Source: a virus. From it: DNA of 64,000 bases. Numbering within the stretch: position 1 is the stretch's first letter; each line of letters starts with the position of its first letter. The notes under the pieces were generated by a model. The model did no database searches. It was not told where the DNA came from and saw only the letters and a program-made list of their open reading frames with translations. The translations under genes and the position numbers were made by a program. This document shows positions 49,701 to 57,929 of the stretch, in pieces. Where the stretch lies: IMG/VR virus record IMGVR_UViG_3300029787_005452, positions 121,198 to 185,197 of that record. One strand, written 5' to 3'.

Positions 49701-51589
49701 ACAGAACAAGTACCAACAGCACAACTATTAAAACCACCTCCTACAGTTGAACATGCGCCGGAAGCCTTATTTACATAACCACCAACGACAACTGAATGAT
49801 TACCAACAGCACAACTATTAAAACCACCTCCTATAAATGAACATACGCCGCAAGCTTTACTCAGGACACCGCCGACTGCAACTGAAAAATTACCTATTGA
49901 TTGTACCTGGTAACCGCCTCCGACAAAGCTACAATTACCACTAGCTGTATTACAATTCCCTCCTCCTATAGCTGAATTATTAGCAGTTGCTTTATTATTA
50001 ACACCTCCTCCTATTCTAGATTGATCACCACTTGCGCAATTGCCAATACCTCCTCCAACTGAAGCCCAATTAGCAACTGCTGAAACTCCTTCTCCAAAAG
50101 CAGTACTCGCAACTCCAGTTGATTTAGATAAAGAACCTCCAGCTATTGAATAATTGCCTGTTGCGCAATTATTGTTACCACCTACGATGCTTGCACAATT
50201 ACCTGATGCTGTATTGCATAAACCACCAGCTACGGTAGATTTTTTACCAGAAGCGATATTTTGAGAACCTCCTCCTATAAACGATGCTGAGCCTGATGCT
50301 GTGTTACTATAACCCCCTCCAACAACTGAATGTATACCTGAGGCAGAACTACCTTTATTATAACCTCCACCACCTCCAACAGTTGAAAAAGCTCCTGTAG
50401 CATAATTACTTTGACCTCCACCAACAAATGAAGAACCACCAATTGCTCGATTATTATTACCAGCACCAACAAATGAAACATTCCCTGAAGCTCTATTACC
50501 ACTACCTCCTCCTACAGTAGCACCGGGTACGGTGGCGCAATTATAGTATCCTCCTCCTACTACTGAGTATGAACCGGTAGCACAATTATTTAAACCTCCT
50601 CCTATTACTGAGTCAGTACTGGTAATTTTATTTAAACAACCACCACCTATAAAAGAACCACCCGCAGCACTATTACCTACACCTCCAATAATTTTATTTG
50701 CTGATAAACTTACTGCTGATAAACCATTTACAACAATTGGTATTCCTCCAGGTCCAACTAACCCAGTGGTAAATATATCTCCAGTTGCAGATATATTACC
50801 TACTACAGTAAGCTTTTCATTAGCAGATAAAGTACCTATTCCTATACGACCCATATCATCAATTACAACATCATCTCCATTTACGTCTATAAAGTGTGCT
50901 ATTGGTTGGCTTCCATTTTGCTGTACATATAAAGCAGGTCCTGTACCATCATTAGTAACACTTAAAGAAGAAGTAGTTGTTGTAACTGTGTTAAAGATTA
51001 CTTCATCCCCTAATACTGATAAGTTTTGAGTAACGAGAAAATCAGTAACTTCAATTGTAGGTGAAGAAAATTTACTCATTACCGATAAATTATCTACATA
51101 AGTAAAATCTGGAATTGCAGTTTGTACACCTGAACCTCCTATTATAACTGTACCACTATGGCTTATTGTATTAGAGCAACCACCAATCATAACACTATTA
51201 CAATTATCAGGATCACAATTATCAATTAAATTGCTATTACCACCAATAATAACTGAATTTTCAGCACAATTAAAATTATTAACACCTCCAGCAACTAGTG
51301 AATTACTTTTTTCCACTCTATTCAAATTGCCACCTACAATAGTACCATACGTACCAGATGCATAATTAGACGACCCTCCAATGACAGAAGCTTGGGTACC
51401 CGGGTTTTGATTGGAATGTGGGTTGGTAAGTATTGTACTAGCTGATAAATCCGCCATGTTTAGTGTACCTAACACTGCAGTAGATAGTGAAGTTTTTCTT
51501 GTTGTTCCGTTCTCAACTATCGGTATTACTTGAGAACCGTTTTGAGATAATGAACAAGTAAGGTTAGAAATTTTAATACCAGTGGACAT
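46703..51589 (-). CDS. Giant fibre with YadA-head-like 14-aa repeats
   Basis: Dozens of S(F/T/V)(I/V)GGGxxNxAxG repeats; GRIGIGT...KLTVVGNISA neck; about 40 Cys; distinct C-terminal globular domain. Confidence 0.8.
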   Translation of the reverse strand: MSTGIKISNLTCSLSQNGSQVIPIVENGTTRKTSLSTAVLGTLNMADLSASTILTNPHSNQNPGTQASVIGGSSNYASGTYGTIVGGNLNRVEKSNSLVAGGVNNFNCAENSVIIGGNSNLIDNCDPDNCNSVMIGGCSNTISHSGTVIIGGSGVQTAIPDFTYVDNLSVMSKFSSPTIEVTDFLVTQNLSVLGDEVIFNTVTTTTSSLSVTNDGTGPALYVQQNGSQPIAHFIDVNGDDVVIDDMGRIGIGTLSANEKLTVVGNISATGDIFTTGLVGPGGIPIVVNGLSAVSLSANKIIGGVGNSAAGGSFIGGGCLNKITSTDSVIGGGLNNCATGSYSVVGGGYYNCATVPGATVGGGSGNRASGNVSFVGAGNNNRAIGGSSFVGGGQSNYATGAFSTVGGGGGYNKGSSASGIHSVVGGGYSNTASGSASFIGGGSQNIASGKKSTVAGGLCNTASGNCASIVGGNNNCATGNYSIAGGSLSKSTGVASTAFGEGVSAVANWASVGGGIGNCASGDQSRIGGGVNNKATANNSAIGGGNCNTASGNCSFVGGGYQVQSIGNFSVAVGGVLSKACGVCSFIGGGFNSCAVGNHSVVVGGYVNKASGACSTVGGGFNSCAVGTCSVVVGGFVNKASGGNSIVVGGGYNYATGAFSTVVGGGHSTSQFKNCAKATNSGILGGKNNTIEAPGSYSFIGTGQNNISLSAHGAVVGGLTNTSSGSGAFIGAGVFNQSSGLASTVTGGLSNTTLENFGVVGGGCNNSAAGTLASTVAGGFNNRANGQNSFIGGGQNNVAAAANSVVAGGANNTSCSTAAVGGGTSNFATGNSSTVAGGNTNKATGNNSVVAGGTTNCAVGNYSFVGSGGLNKAIGNQSFVGSGFAACAIGGNSFVGTGGQAHGTYSVVLGSINKVCSQGGCSSVLGGKSNISLSALEVIAGGFSNTTSGSGSVIGGGLFNTASGKASIIGGGSKNDASGNYSTVVGGFSSKAEGIRSFVGGGMCHCAKGACSTIGGGGRNHVNDEFGTIAGGFANCNLGQYNTVGGGHTNCVNGMYATIAGGTLNKSSQDYTFIGGGTRHCVNGTGGSIAGGYQNCACGGYSFVGSGVNNLALSEKSVIVGGLLNKALGDYSFVGSGNQNFVFRNSNFSSIAGGKNNEVLNKSTCAFIGGGNLNSTLSSGDVIGGGFSNTASGSASFIGGGTLNEASGKVNTIAGGTKNLTSGEYSTLVGGFSSKASGGRSFVGGGFINEAKGTNTTIAGGYKNLITGAYATIGGGFKNCSSGNRSTIGGGNFNCAAGDENTIGGGNSNRTAAEYSTVGGGYQNHACACATTVAGGYYGLAIGEYSTVGGGRLNKARGNTSVIAGGNENQIFTGATRSAIAGGTYNKICNKSINSFIGGGQANCSLSAASFIGGGFSNTASGSATFIGGGMKNIINSNDSGILGGSHNELSVAADKSFIVGNALSGSQPNTLYSENVSVQGNLSATGSILSLSAVYGSIYSIWAEEAEDLTDGSHEWSFGNGDLTPAAHGIPIAFKSKLLKISVNAEINSGTMADDIEIEVYKNGVATGAKGIITSGLADTDAKKSQVTDVTSSNITFDENDIINFRTNKDGDTAMTSGRVAAWLQTIL

Positions 51590-51598
51590 ATTAATTAT

Positions 51599-51841
51599 TT
51601 ATTCATCATACACATCTATTATCTGGGGTACACATGCAAGAATGGTTAATATATTCTTTTCAATTTCTTTTTGAAAAATAATCTCTAAGGATAGCCAATT
51701 ATTTTTAAGAATTTTTATAATTTCGTCCAAATAATCTTTACGCACCTCTAAGAGAACACTTTCTCTCTCGTAATCAATATAAATAACATCAGTAAATTCA
51801 TCTAATCTAGATTTTATATCGACAAATATATCATCTTCCAT
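51599..51841 (-). CDS. Hypothetical protein, 80 aa
   Basis: TAAATA-N5-ATG. Confidence 0.55.
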   Translation of the reverse strand: MEDDIFVDIKSRLDEFTDVIYIDYERESVLLEVRKDYLDEIIKILKNNWLSLEIIFQKEIEKNILTILACVPQIIDVYDE

Positions 51842-51852
51842 ATAACTATTTA

Positions 51853-51868
51853 GGAACTGTTATATAAT
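51853..51868 (+). promoter_or_regulatory. GGAAC-class promoter
   Basis: GGAACT-gtta-TATAAT-N5-ATG(51874). Confidence 0.7.
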
Positions 51869-51873
51869 AATAT

Positions 51874-52290
51874 ATGGCTCGAAAGAAAAAACTGTTTAAT
51901 TATAAATTTATTGATTGTGAAAAATCTTTTTCTTCTTCGATAGTTGTGACTTGTACGCAAACTAAAGAGAAGGTAAGAATGTATCATAAGCAATTAGCTA
52001 GATTAATTGAAAATAAATATCGCAATAACTATAGTGTATTCAAAGCTACTTATATCAAAAAAGGTAACAAGCCAGAAGAAAATAATAGAGATGAATATGG
52101 AGAATATAATACTGCTCCGGAAGGTTATAGACAATTTTTAGTTTCACAATACCTATTTACTAAAAGAGATAAATCATTAGATGATTCTACTCGTTCAGGT
52201 AAGCTAAGCTTTTTAAGTGAATGCTATATGAAAAGATATAAAAATAGTTTAGATGAGGTAGTTAAATTAGCGGAACAGTCATATAATTAA
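51874..52290 (+). CDS. Hypothetical basic protein
   Basis: ORF track; promoter upstream. Confidence 0.65.
   Translation: MARKKKLFNYKFIDCEKSFSSSIVVTCTQTKEKVRMYHKQLARLIENKYRNNYSVFKATYIKKGNKPEENNRDEYGEYNTAPEGYRQFLVSQYLFTKRDKSLDDSTRSGKLSFLSECYMKRYKNSLDEVVKLAEQSYN
52272..52287 (+). promoter_or_regulatory. GGAAC-class promoter inside the upstream CDS end
   Basis: GGAACA-gtca-TATAAT-N6-ATG(52294). Confidence 0.65.
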
Positions 52291-52293
52291 AGA

Positions 52294-52470
52294 ATGAGAA
52301 AATTCCTTTATGAACTAGGAGCAGCAGCAACCGTTGTATTCGGAATAATTCCTATGTGTATTGTTGCCGGAGTTTATTCTGCATACCTTACAATAATAGA
52401 AACAGCTAAAATCTTTCCTTTACAAATATATACGCTATTTGAGATATGGTACAGAAATAAGGAACAGTGA
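52294..52470 (+). CDS. 58-aa membrane peptide
   Basis: Below the track cutoff: MRKFLYELGAAATVVFGIIPMCIVAGVYSAYLTII...NKEQ; own promoter. Confidence 0.6.
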   Translation: MRKFLYELGAAATVVFGIIPMCIVAGVYSAYLTIIETAKIFPLQIYTLFEIWYRNKEQ

Positions 52471-52476
52471 TATAAT
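52461..52476 (+). promoter_or_regulatory. GGAAC-class promoter
   Basis: GGAACA-gtga-TATAAT-N6-ATG(52483), overlapping the upstream TGA. Confidence 0.7.
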
Positions 52477-52482
52477 AATAGC

Positions 52483-53388
52483 ATGAACCTAAATTATACA
52501 AATACTAACTTCAAGACAGTAAGTGATATCGAGATACCCGATATCTTCTACCGCAGATATAAAAGCGGTATTTCAGTAATGGATGAACTATTCGGTGAAG
52601 GTATACTTCCTGGTAGTTCAGTAACGATGTGTGCAGCAGCTGGCTGTGGTAAAACTACTCTTCTTCTTCAGTTACTAGAAGGTTTGAGCAAGAATGGTTA
52701 TAACGTTGGTTATTCTTCTGGTGAAGAAAATACCTATCAGTTGGCTTTTACTTGCAATCGTATCGGTGTTAAAAAGGTAGCAGTTGCTAATATGACTGAT
52801 ATTGATGAGCTTGTCGATGCGATGGATGATCTAGATGCTCTTGTAGTAGATAGCTTTCAGGCTCTAACTACTAAGAAGAAGATGAATAGTAGAGCTCTTG
52901 AAAAGTATGCTGTAAGTAAGCTTACTAGAGCTGCAAAAGATAAAGAGTGTACTGTATTCTTTATCATGCATCTTACTAAAGATGGTAAGTTAAAGGGTGG
53001 TACTATTGTACCTCATACCGTTGATGTTAATATGAATATCGAAATTGATGGAGATATCGATGATAATGCTCGTAAGATCTTCTTTACTAAGAATCGTTTT
53101 GGTCCTTTAAATGAGTTAACTCTATTTATCGGAGCTCATGGTTATGATTTTAATACTCCTGTGGTAGTTGAGACCGAAACTAAAGCTAAAAGTAAGAAGA
53201 GTAAGAAGAAAGAAGAGCTTGAGAAAATTTTAGATATGAAAGAGCCGCCTCTAATAAATTGCGATCGAGTAATGGGTACCTTAGGTATTGATTATATGAG
53301 AGCTAGTTACTTACTTAGAGACTTAGTCAATAATAGTAAGATGGCCAAGTACGGTAAAGGTAAGACTGCTATCTATAAGTTAATTTAG
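52483..53388 (+). CDS. radA: RadA/Sms-like RecA-family ATPase
   Basis: SGISVMDELFGEG, AAAGCGKTTLLLQ, SGEE, LVVDSFQ, TKNRFG; no zinc finger or Lon domain. Confidence 0.75.
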   Translation: MNLNYTNTNFKTVSDIEIPDIFYRRYKSGISVMDELFGEGILPGSSVTMCAAAGCGKTTLLLQLLEGLSKNGYNVGYSSGEENTYQLAFTCNRIGVKKVAVANMTDIDELVDAMDDLDALVVDSFQALTTKKKMNSRALEKYAVSKLTRAAKDKECTVFFIMHLTKDGKLKGGTIVPHTVDVNMNIEIDGDIDDNARKIFFTKNRFGPLNELTLFIGAHGYDFNTPVVVETETKAKSKKSKKKEELEKILDMKEPPLINCDRVMGTLGIDYMRASYLLRDLVNNSKMAKYGKGKTAIYKLI

Positions 53389-53424
53389 GTTCATGCTGAC
53401 CTAGGCAAGTCTATAAACTGCCTA
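53387..53424. terminator. Two small hairpins between convergent genes
   Basis: AGGTTCA/TGACCT and TAGGCA-A-GT/ACTGCCTA; no U tract. Confidence 0.35.
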
Positions 53425-55353
53425 ATCTAATTGAACGGCTGAAAGTTGATAGCCTTCTCTACCTAAAGCTTCCATTCCATCTATTATACGATCATGGAAA
53501 CCTTTTGTACTATAAGCAGGACCTAAGCCTTGGCTTTCATATAATTTCTTAAACCCAAAGTGACTTGGATCGAGATACTGAGCAGAGAACGATTGAGAAG
53601 GAGACAAGAAACTAGTACTAAGGAAAGTAATTGATAAAAGTAATTCATTATTATGTACAATAAATGATGGACTGCTACTATCACCATTGGCTAGCTTCAT
53701 CTGCGGAAAGCCTAATTTTTTATTTTCAAATATTGAAGAAACACCCATAAGAGATGTATAACCTACTGCAACACTACCACTACCTGACAATGGAGCTCCG
53801 TTGGATGGGAATATTGTCGAACCTAATGCAGCAAATTCATCCCCGTCACTGTATGAAAAACTGCCAGTAAACTCAGGATTTCTTAATTTACCTAAACTGT
53901 AGTTACCTGCTTGAGTAAGGGTTGGAAATCTTTTAGGTCTTTGAACTTCATTATCAAATAAGGGTAATTTATAAGTTTTAACTTTACCTCCGGCGTCCGG
54001 TCGACCGGCTTCAGCAGTTATATCATTACTTAACTTAATTAAGTTAGCATCATTTCCTAAATTAAGTTCTCCCACCACTGTAGCAGAAACAATTTTATTT
54101 TCAGTAGTTAAAAATCTAGCAGTAGAACCAGGGTTAGTAGCACCTCCAAAATGCGTATTAGAAAGACCAAACTTACCATTTATTAAAGTTATATTATTAT
54201 CACCTCTTAAAGATATACCTGTAAGGTCATATATATCTCTATATGGATATAAATACCATGCTGTATTATAATTAGCAGAGTTTGTATTTCTATCATTAAC
54301 GTACCTATATTTGGTTCTTATTGCTTCATTAGTTGCGTTATCTAATGCATCACTATAATGCAAATTAGCATCGGGTCTAAAAAATTCTTCTTGATAAAAT
54401 AAACTCTGTGACGGAAATCTTAATGATCCTCTATACTCAGGAGTATCTTCTAACATAACTCCTGATAATGTTTGATATTCATCTAAAGGATTAGAAAGAG
54501 ATGATACTGTAGTCCATACTGTATGTATGCTATTAGCTCTTGATTCTTCATAAGGAGCTGCACTTATATCAATAACATAACTTTTTGTACTAGTATAAAG
54601 ACCTTCTATATCAGTTCTATTTGTAGAGAAAGTTATTGTATAAGTATCGTTTGCTGATAAATCATTGATAGGAACAGTCATTCGCCTGCTTGTTTGTGAT
54701 AAGTTTGCTTGCTCTAAAGTATCAAAAGATTTAAAATTTGTTTCAATATTAAAGTTATCACCAACATTAAAATTTACAAAATCTCCTAATAATCTTCCAT
54801 TCTCATGTATTGCAGATATTTCAATAGTAAAAGAAGTCGTATCGAAACTTCCGGTAAATCCAGTCGTATCTGTAGATAAATTTACCTGTAAATTACTAAA
54901 GTCGTAAGAAGTTAATACAACTGATTGGGTCTCTATATCACTATTATAATTAAAAAACTTTCTATCAAAAGTTAACTCTCCCACATCATTAATAGTATCG
55001 TTAAAATTAATACTTTTTTGTATAAACGTGTTATTAATAAAATATAAACTATCAAAAAGATAATCTGTAGATGTAATAAATCTATATTTACTATAAAATT
55101 CTAATAAAGGGTAATCTATAAATTTTCTTGCGTTAATAAAATCTAATTGATTCCCATTTGCCCCTAATTCATCTCCAGTTGCAACATAATTATTATCTAT
55201 ACTCAAAAAATTAAAAGTAAAGTCAGGTACAGTTAAAGATGGAGTTCCGATTTTAAGTGGAATTGAGCTACCTAATAAAATTTTATTTCTTTGTTGAGAG
55301 TTATATAAATTCCTAGCCCTCTTTAAGTCGTTAAATGTTGGAGGGTTACTCAT
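53422..55353 (-). CDS. Virion-type protein with C-terminal trypsin-like (S1) serine protease domain
   Basis: TLINGKFGLSNTHF (His), NDANLIKL (Asp) and GDSSSP (Ser) in the correct order. Confidence 0.65.
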   Translation of the reverse strand: MSNPPTFNDLKRARNLYNSQQRNKILLGSSIPLKIGTPSLTVPDFTFNFLSIDNNYVATGDELGANGNQLDFINARKFIDYPLLEFYSKYRFITSTDYLFDSLYFINNTFIQKSINFNDTINDVGELTFDRKFFNYNSDIETQSVVLTSYDFSNLQVNLSTDTTGFTGSFDTTSFTIEISAIHENGRLLGDFVNFNVGDNFNIETNFKSFDTLEQANLSQTSRRMTVPINDLSANDTYTITFSTNRTDIEGLYTSTKSYVIDISAAPYEESRANSIHTVWTTVSSLSNPLDEYQTLSGVMLEDTPEYRGSLRFPSQSLFYQEEFFRPDANLHYSDALDNATNEAIRTKYRYVNDRNTNSANYNTAWYLYPYRDIYDLTGISLRGDNNITLINGKFGLSNTHFGGATNPGSTARFLTTENKIVSATVVGELNLGNDANLIKLSNDITAEAGRPDAGGKVKTYKLPLFDNEVQRPKRFPTLTQAGNYSLGKLRNPEFTGSFSYSDGDEFAALGSTIFPSNGAPLSGSGSVAVGYTSLMGVSSIFENKKLGFPQMKLANGDSSSPSFIVHNNELLLSITFLSTSFLSPSQSFSAQYLDPSHFGFKKLYESQGLGPAYSTKGFHDRIIDGMEALGREGYQLSAVQLD

Positions 55354-55354
55354 T

Positions 55355-56326
55355 TTATGAAAGACCTGTTATAATACCATCTGTAATAACCATTGATTTA
55401 TCACCTGCGTTACTTGATATTGTAACTGTTCCTGTAAAACCATTACCTGCATGTATGGAGCATGTTGCGCTTAATTTATTAACGAATGTTGTACAATCAC
55501 CACACCCTTTTATACCAGTTCCTATTATAAAAGAATTATTACCAGATAAACCATTATTTAATCCTCCTAAAATACCACCGTTACTTCCGGATAAAATAGA
55601 ATTACTACTTCCTCCAACGATAATATTTCTTTCTCCTGAAGTTATATTATTACCTAGACCTGTACCTATAAAACTACAACTTGAGCTTAAAACTTGATTA
55701 AACGACCCGGCACCAATAAATGAATCACCTGACCGTCTTATGATATTAATCATCCCTGAGCCAATAACTGTTCCAGTATTATCACAACTAAAATTTGTAC
55801 CAGCTAAAATAATATTGCAACTAGATGCAATATTAGATTGTAAAATGGAAGCACTATCCCCTCCTAATATTATATTATTTTTATTACCTGGAGTGTTTAT
55901 AGTATTAGAAAGACCCCCCAATAAAGATCCACAACCAGCACATATTTTATTATTTTGCCCATTTAAAATTGTAGAAAATTTATTGTTATTATTACAACCT
56001 GCTATTAAATGACATCTTCCGCCTATAATTGTACCATAACCAATACTTAAATTATTATTATCTAAGCCGTTTAATACGGTATTAAATATACTACTAGTAG
56101 CGGAATTATTACAGCCTTGTACAACAACACCAAAGCTACTTAAAGCTTTATTGTTACACCCCGCTAAAACTATAGCTTGGGTCCCATTAGTTTCTGAATT
56201 TTCTCCTCCTCCTGATATTGCTGAAACAGGAAGACGTTTAGTCGTACCACATTGATTAACAGGAATAACTTCTGAACCTGATAATTTATCAGCTTCAGTT
56301 AAATTTAATAATGAAACGATTGCCAT
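55355..56326 (-). CDS. Short Cys-rich fibre with YadA-like repeats
   Basis: IxGGxxN repeats, shared N-terminal module, 13 Cys in 323 aa, late promoter 56332-56337. Confidence 0.75.
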   Translation of the reverse strand: MAIVSLLNLTEADKLSGSEVIPVNQCGTTKRLPVSAISGGGENSETNGTQAIVLAGCNNKALSSFGVVVQGCNNSATSSIFNTVLNGLDNNNLSIGYGTIIGGRCHLIAGCNNNNKFSTILNGQNNKICAGCGSLLGGLSNTINTPGNKNNIILGGDSASILQSNIASSCNIILAGTNFSCDNTGTVIGSGMINIIRRSGDSFIGAGSFNQVLSSSCSFIGTGLGNNITSGERNIIVGGSSNSILSGSNGGILGGLNNGLSGNNSFIIGTGIKGCGDCTTFVNKLSATCSIHAGNGFTGTVTISSNAGDKSMVITDGIITGLS

Positions 56327-56338
56327 AATTATATTTAG

Positions 56339-56354
56339 GGAACTATGATATAAT
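56339..56354 (+). promoter_or_regulatory. GGAAC-class promoter
   Basis: GGAACT-atga-TATAAT-N6-ATG(56361). Confidence 0.7.
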
Positions 56355-56360
56355 TAACAT

Positions 56361-56597
56361 ATGTTAACTGAAGAAAATTTAATGGATGCAAGGTATCATA
56401 TAATCCTCTTGCAAGAGAAGCAAGAAAAGATTTTTCAAGAGCTTTTAGATGAAATAAAAGATAAACATAAAGAAATGTTTCCGGATTTTGAAAATGAATT
56501 AGTAGATTTTTGCTATAATAATATATATTATTCTGCAAAAGATATAAATAAATTCATAACTGAATTATATTCTAAGGAAATACTCCTTGAAATTTAA
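56361..56597 (+). CDS. Hypothetical protein, 78 aa
   Basis: ORF track; promoter upstream. Confidence 0.6.
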   Translation: MLTEENLMDARYHIILLQEKQEKIFQELLDEIKDKHKEMFPDFENELVDFCYNNIYYSAKDINKFITELYSKEILLEI

Positions 56598-56598
56598 A

Positions 56599-56614
56599 GG
56601 AACTACTATATAAT
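56599..56614 (+). promoter_or_regulatory. GGAAC-class promoter
   Basis: GGAACT-acta-TATAAT, 46 nt before the DUF932 ATG. Confidence 0.65.
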
Positions 56615-56660
56615 ATATGTATAAAGTTTATGAAAAGTAACAATAAAGTGTAATAAAAAA

Positions 56661-57662
56661 ATGCATAATATAACAGAAAGAGATGCTCAAGTAGGATTGA
56701 GCCAAGCATGGCACGGTTTAACCGATGTCGTTGATGAAATCGACGTTAGTGATAACGTCTTGACTAAATGGGATGTAGAGCGTAAGCCTCTTACATACGT
56801 TGATGTAGATGGTAATGAACAAGAGACAGGATATGGGATCTTAGTTGGTTCAGATGATGATAAAATTATCGGACGTCCTATGACCCCTTCTTATAAAGCT
56901 ATTAGTAATGAGAAGTTTTTAGATCTCGTTAGTGATGCTATGAATAAGCTACCTAAGGCTAAAATTGAATCTATTGGTTCAGTTTGTAATCGAGGTAAAG
57001 TATTCGTAACTGTAAGCTTGGATGGTAAGAGCAATTATAAAGTAGGTGATAGAGAGTTTAAAGACTATCTTAACTTTGGAAATGCTCATGATCAATCTTC
57101 TAAGCTCTGGATCAATAATACCAATACATGTACCGTATGTGATAATACGTTTACATATAACTTAAATGATAAGTCAGCCATGGTTGGTAGTGCTGTTCAT
57201 AGAGGTGATATTGAACTTAAACTTGCTGATCTATCTAATGTAGTGGATGACTTCTTAGGTACTCAAGCAGACTTCCGTCAGAAGTTTAATAGCCTTCTTA
57301 AGAAGAAGATTTCTGATAAGAAAGCCCAGTCATTATTTACTGGATTCTTAATGCGTAATAATCCTAAAGAAGGACTTAGTACACGCTGTTTAAATACAGT
57401 AGATAGCTTGAATACTTTGTTTAAGCGAGGTGCCGGTAACCGAGGTGAGAACTACGCAGATGCATTCTCAGCAGTAACTGACTATTATACGCATAATAGT
57501 ACCCGTGGTAAAGGTAAGAATCGTCTTAACCAATACGTATCATCTGAGTTTGGTTTAGGTCGTATGAATAAGCAAAGTTTCTGGACTGTTATTAATAACG
57601 ACGATCTTGCTAATCGTACTATAGAGAGAGGTACTAAACTTCTTTCTTTGGTAAATCAGTAA
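56661..57662 (+). CDS. DUF932 (LGT_TIGR03299-like) protein
   Basis: AWHGL, YKAISNEKFLD, GSVCNRGKVFV, YLNFGNAHD...TNTCTVCDNT, AFSAVTDYYTH. Confidence 0.8.
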   Translation: MHNITERDAQVGLSQAWHGLTDVVDEIDVSDNVLTKWDVERKPLTYVDVDGNEQETGYGILVGSDDDKIIGRPMTPSYKAISNEKFLDLVSDAMNKLPKAKIESIGSVCNRGKVFVTVSLDGKSNYKVGDREFKDYLNFGNAHDQSSKLWINNTNTCTVCDNTFTYNLNDKSAMVGSAVHRGDIELKLADLSNVVDDFLGTQADFRQKFNSLLKKKISDKKAQSLFTGFLMRNNPKEGLSTRCLNTVDSLNTLFKRGAGNRGENYADAFSAVTDYYTHNSTRGKGKNRLNQYVSSEFGLGRMNKQSFWTVINNDDLANRTIERGTKLLSLVNQ

Positions 57663-57683
57663 CCTATTGAAATAAATATAATT

Positions 57684-57878
57684 ATGCAATTCAAAGAAGT
57701 AAGTCAAGGATATACTTTCGTTCAAGAAGAAGGTGAAATGATTCATGCATACGATACAGTTGGGGATATTTCTGGTATACAGCCAGTATTTATTAGTCAG
57801 GTAAGTGTCGATAATCAAAAAGATTTTGAGGTAGAAATATCTTACATCTTAATGGATCACCTTGTAGTGGGTAGCTGA
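57684..57878 (+). CDS. Hypothetical protein, 64 aa
   Basis: ORF track; followed by a terminator. Confidence 0.55.
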   Translation: MQFKEVSQGYTFVQEEGEMIHAYDTVGDISGIQPVFISQVSVDNQKDFEVEISYILMDHLVVGS

Positions 57879-57891
57879 TAACTTTAAATCG

Positions 57892-57919
57892 AGGGTCTCG
57901 TGAAAGCGAGACCCTTTTT
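57892..57919 (+). terminator. Rho-independent terminator
   Basis: AGGGTCTCGT-GAAA-GCGAGACCCT followed by a T-rich tail (GNRA loop). Confidence 0.9.
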
Positions 57920-57929
57920 CTTTCTTATT

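Noticed and set aside
440-55700. Many antisense or nested ORFs in the track (e.g. 440..772, 1517..1870, 6868..7146, 11468..11956, 18859..19323, 31307..31723, 40539..40946, 49029..49484, 55335..55697)
   Set aside because: They lie opposite or within well-supported genes, lack promoters and motifs, and are expected from codon bias.
30934-56326. Cys richness as evidence of genetic-code reassignment
   Set aside because: The Cys residues come from standard TGT/TGC codons; TGA, TAA and TAG all terminate genes normally; core enzymes have ordinary Cys content.
38400-56326. Diversity-generating retroelement or invertase shufflon acting on the fibres
   Set aside because: No reverse transcriptase or recombinase in the window, and I saw no adenine-mutated TR/VR pair or inverted crossover sites. 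A self dot-plot would be needed to exclude this fully.
57900-57929. GTG start of 57900..58100
   Set aside because: It lies within a strong terminator hairpin; a downstream ATG is more plausible.
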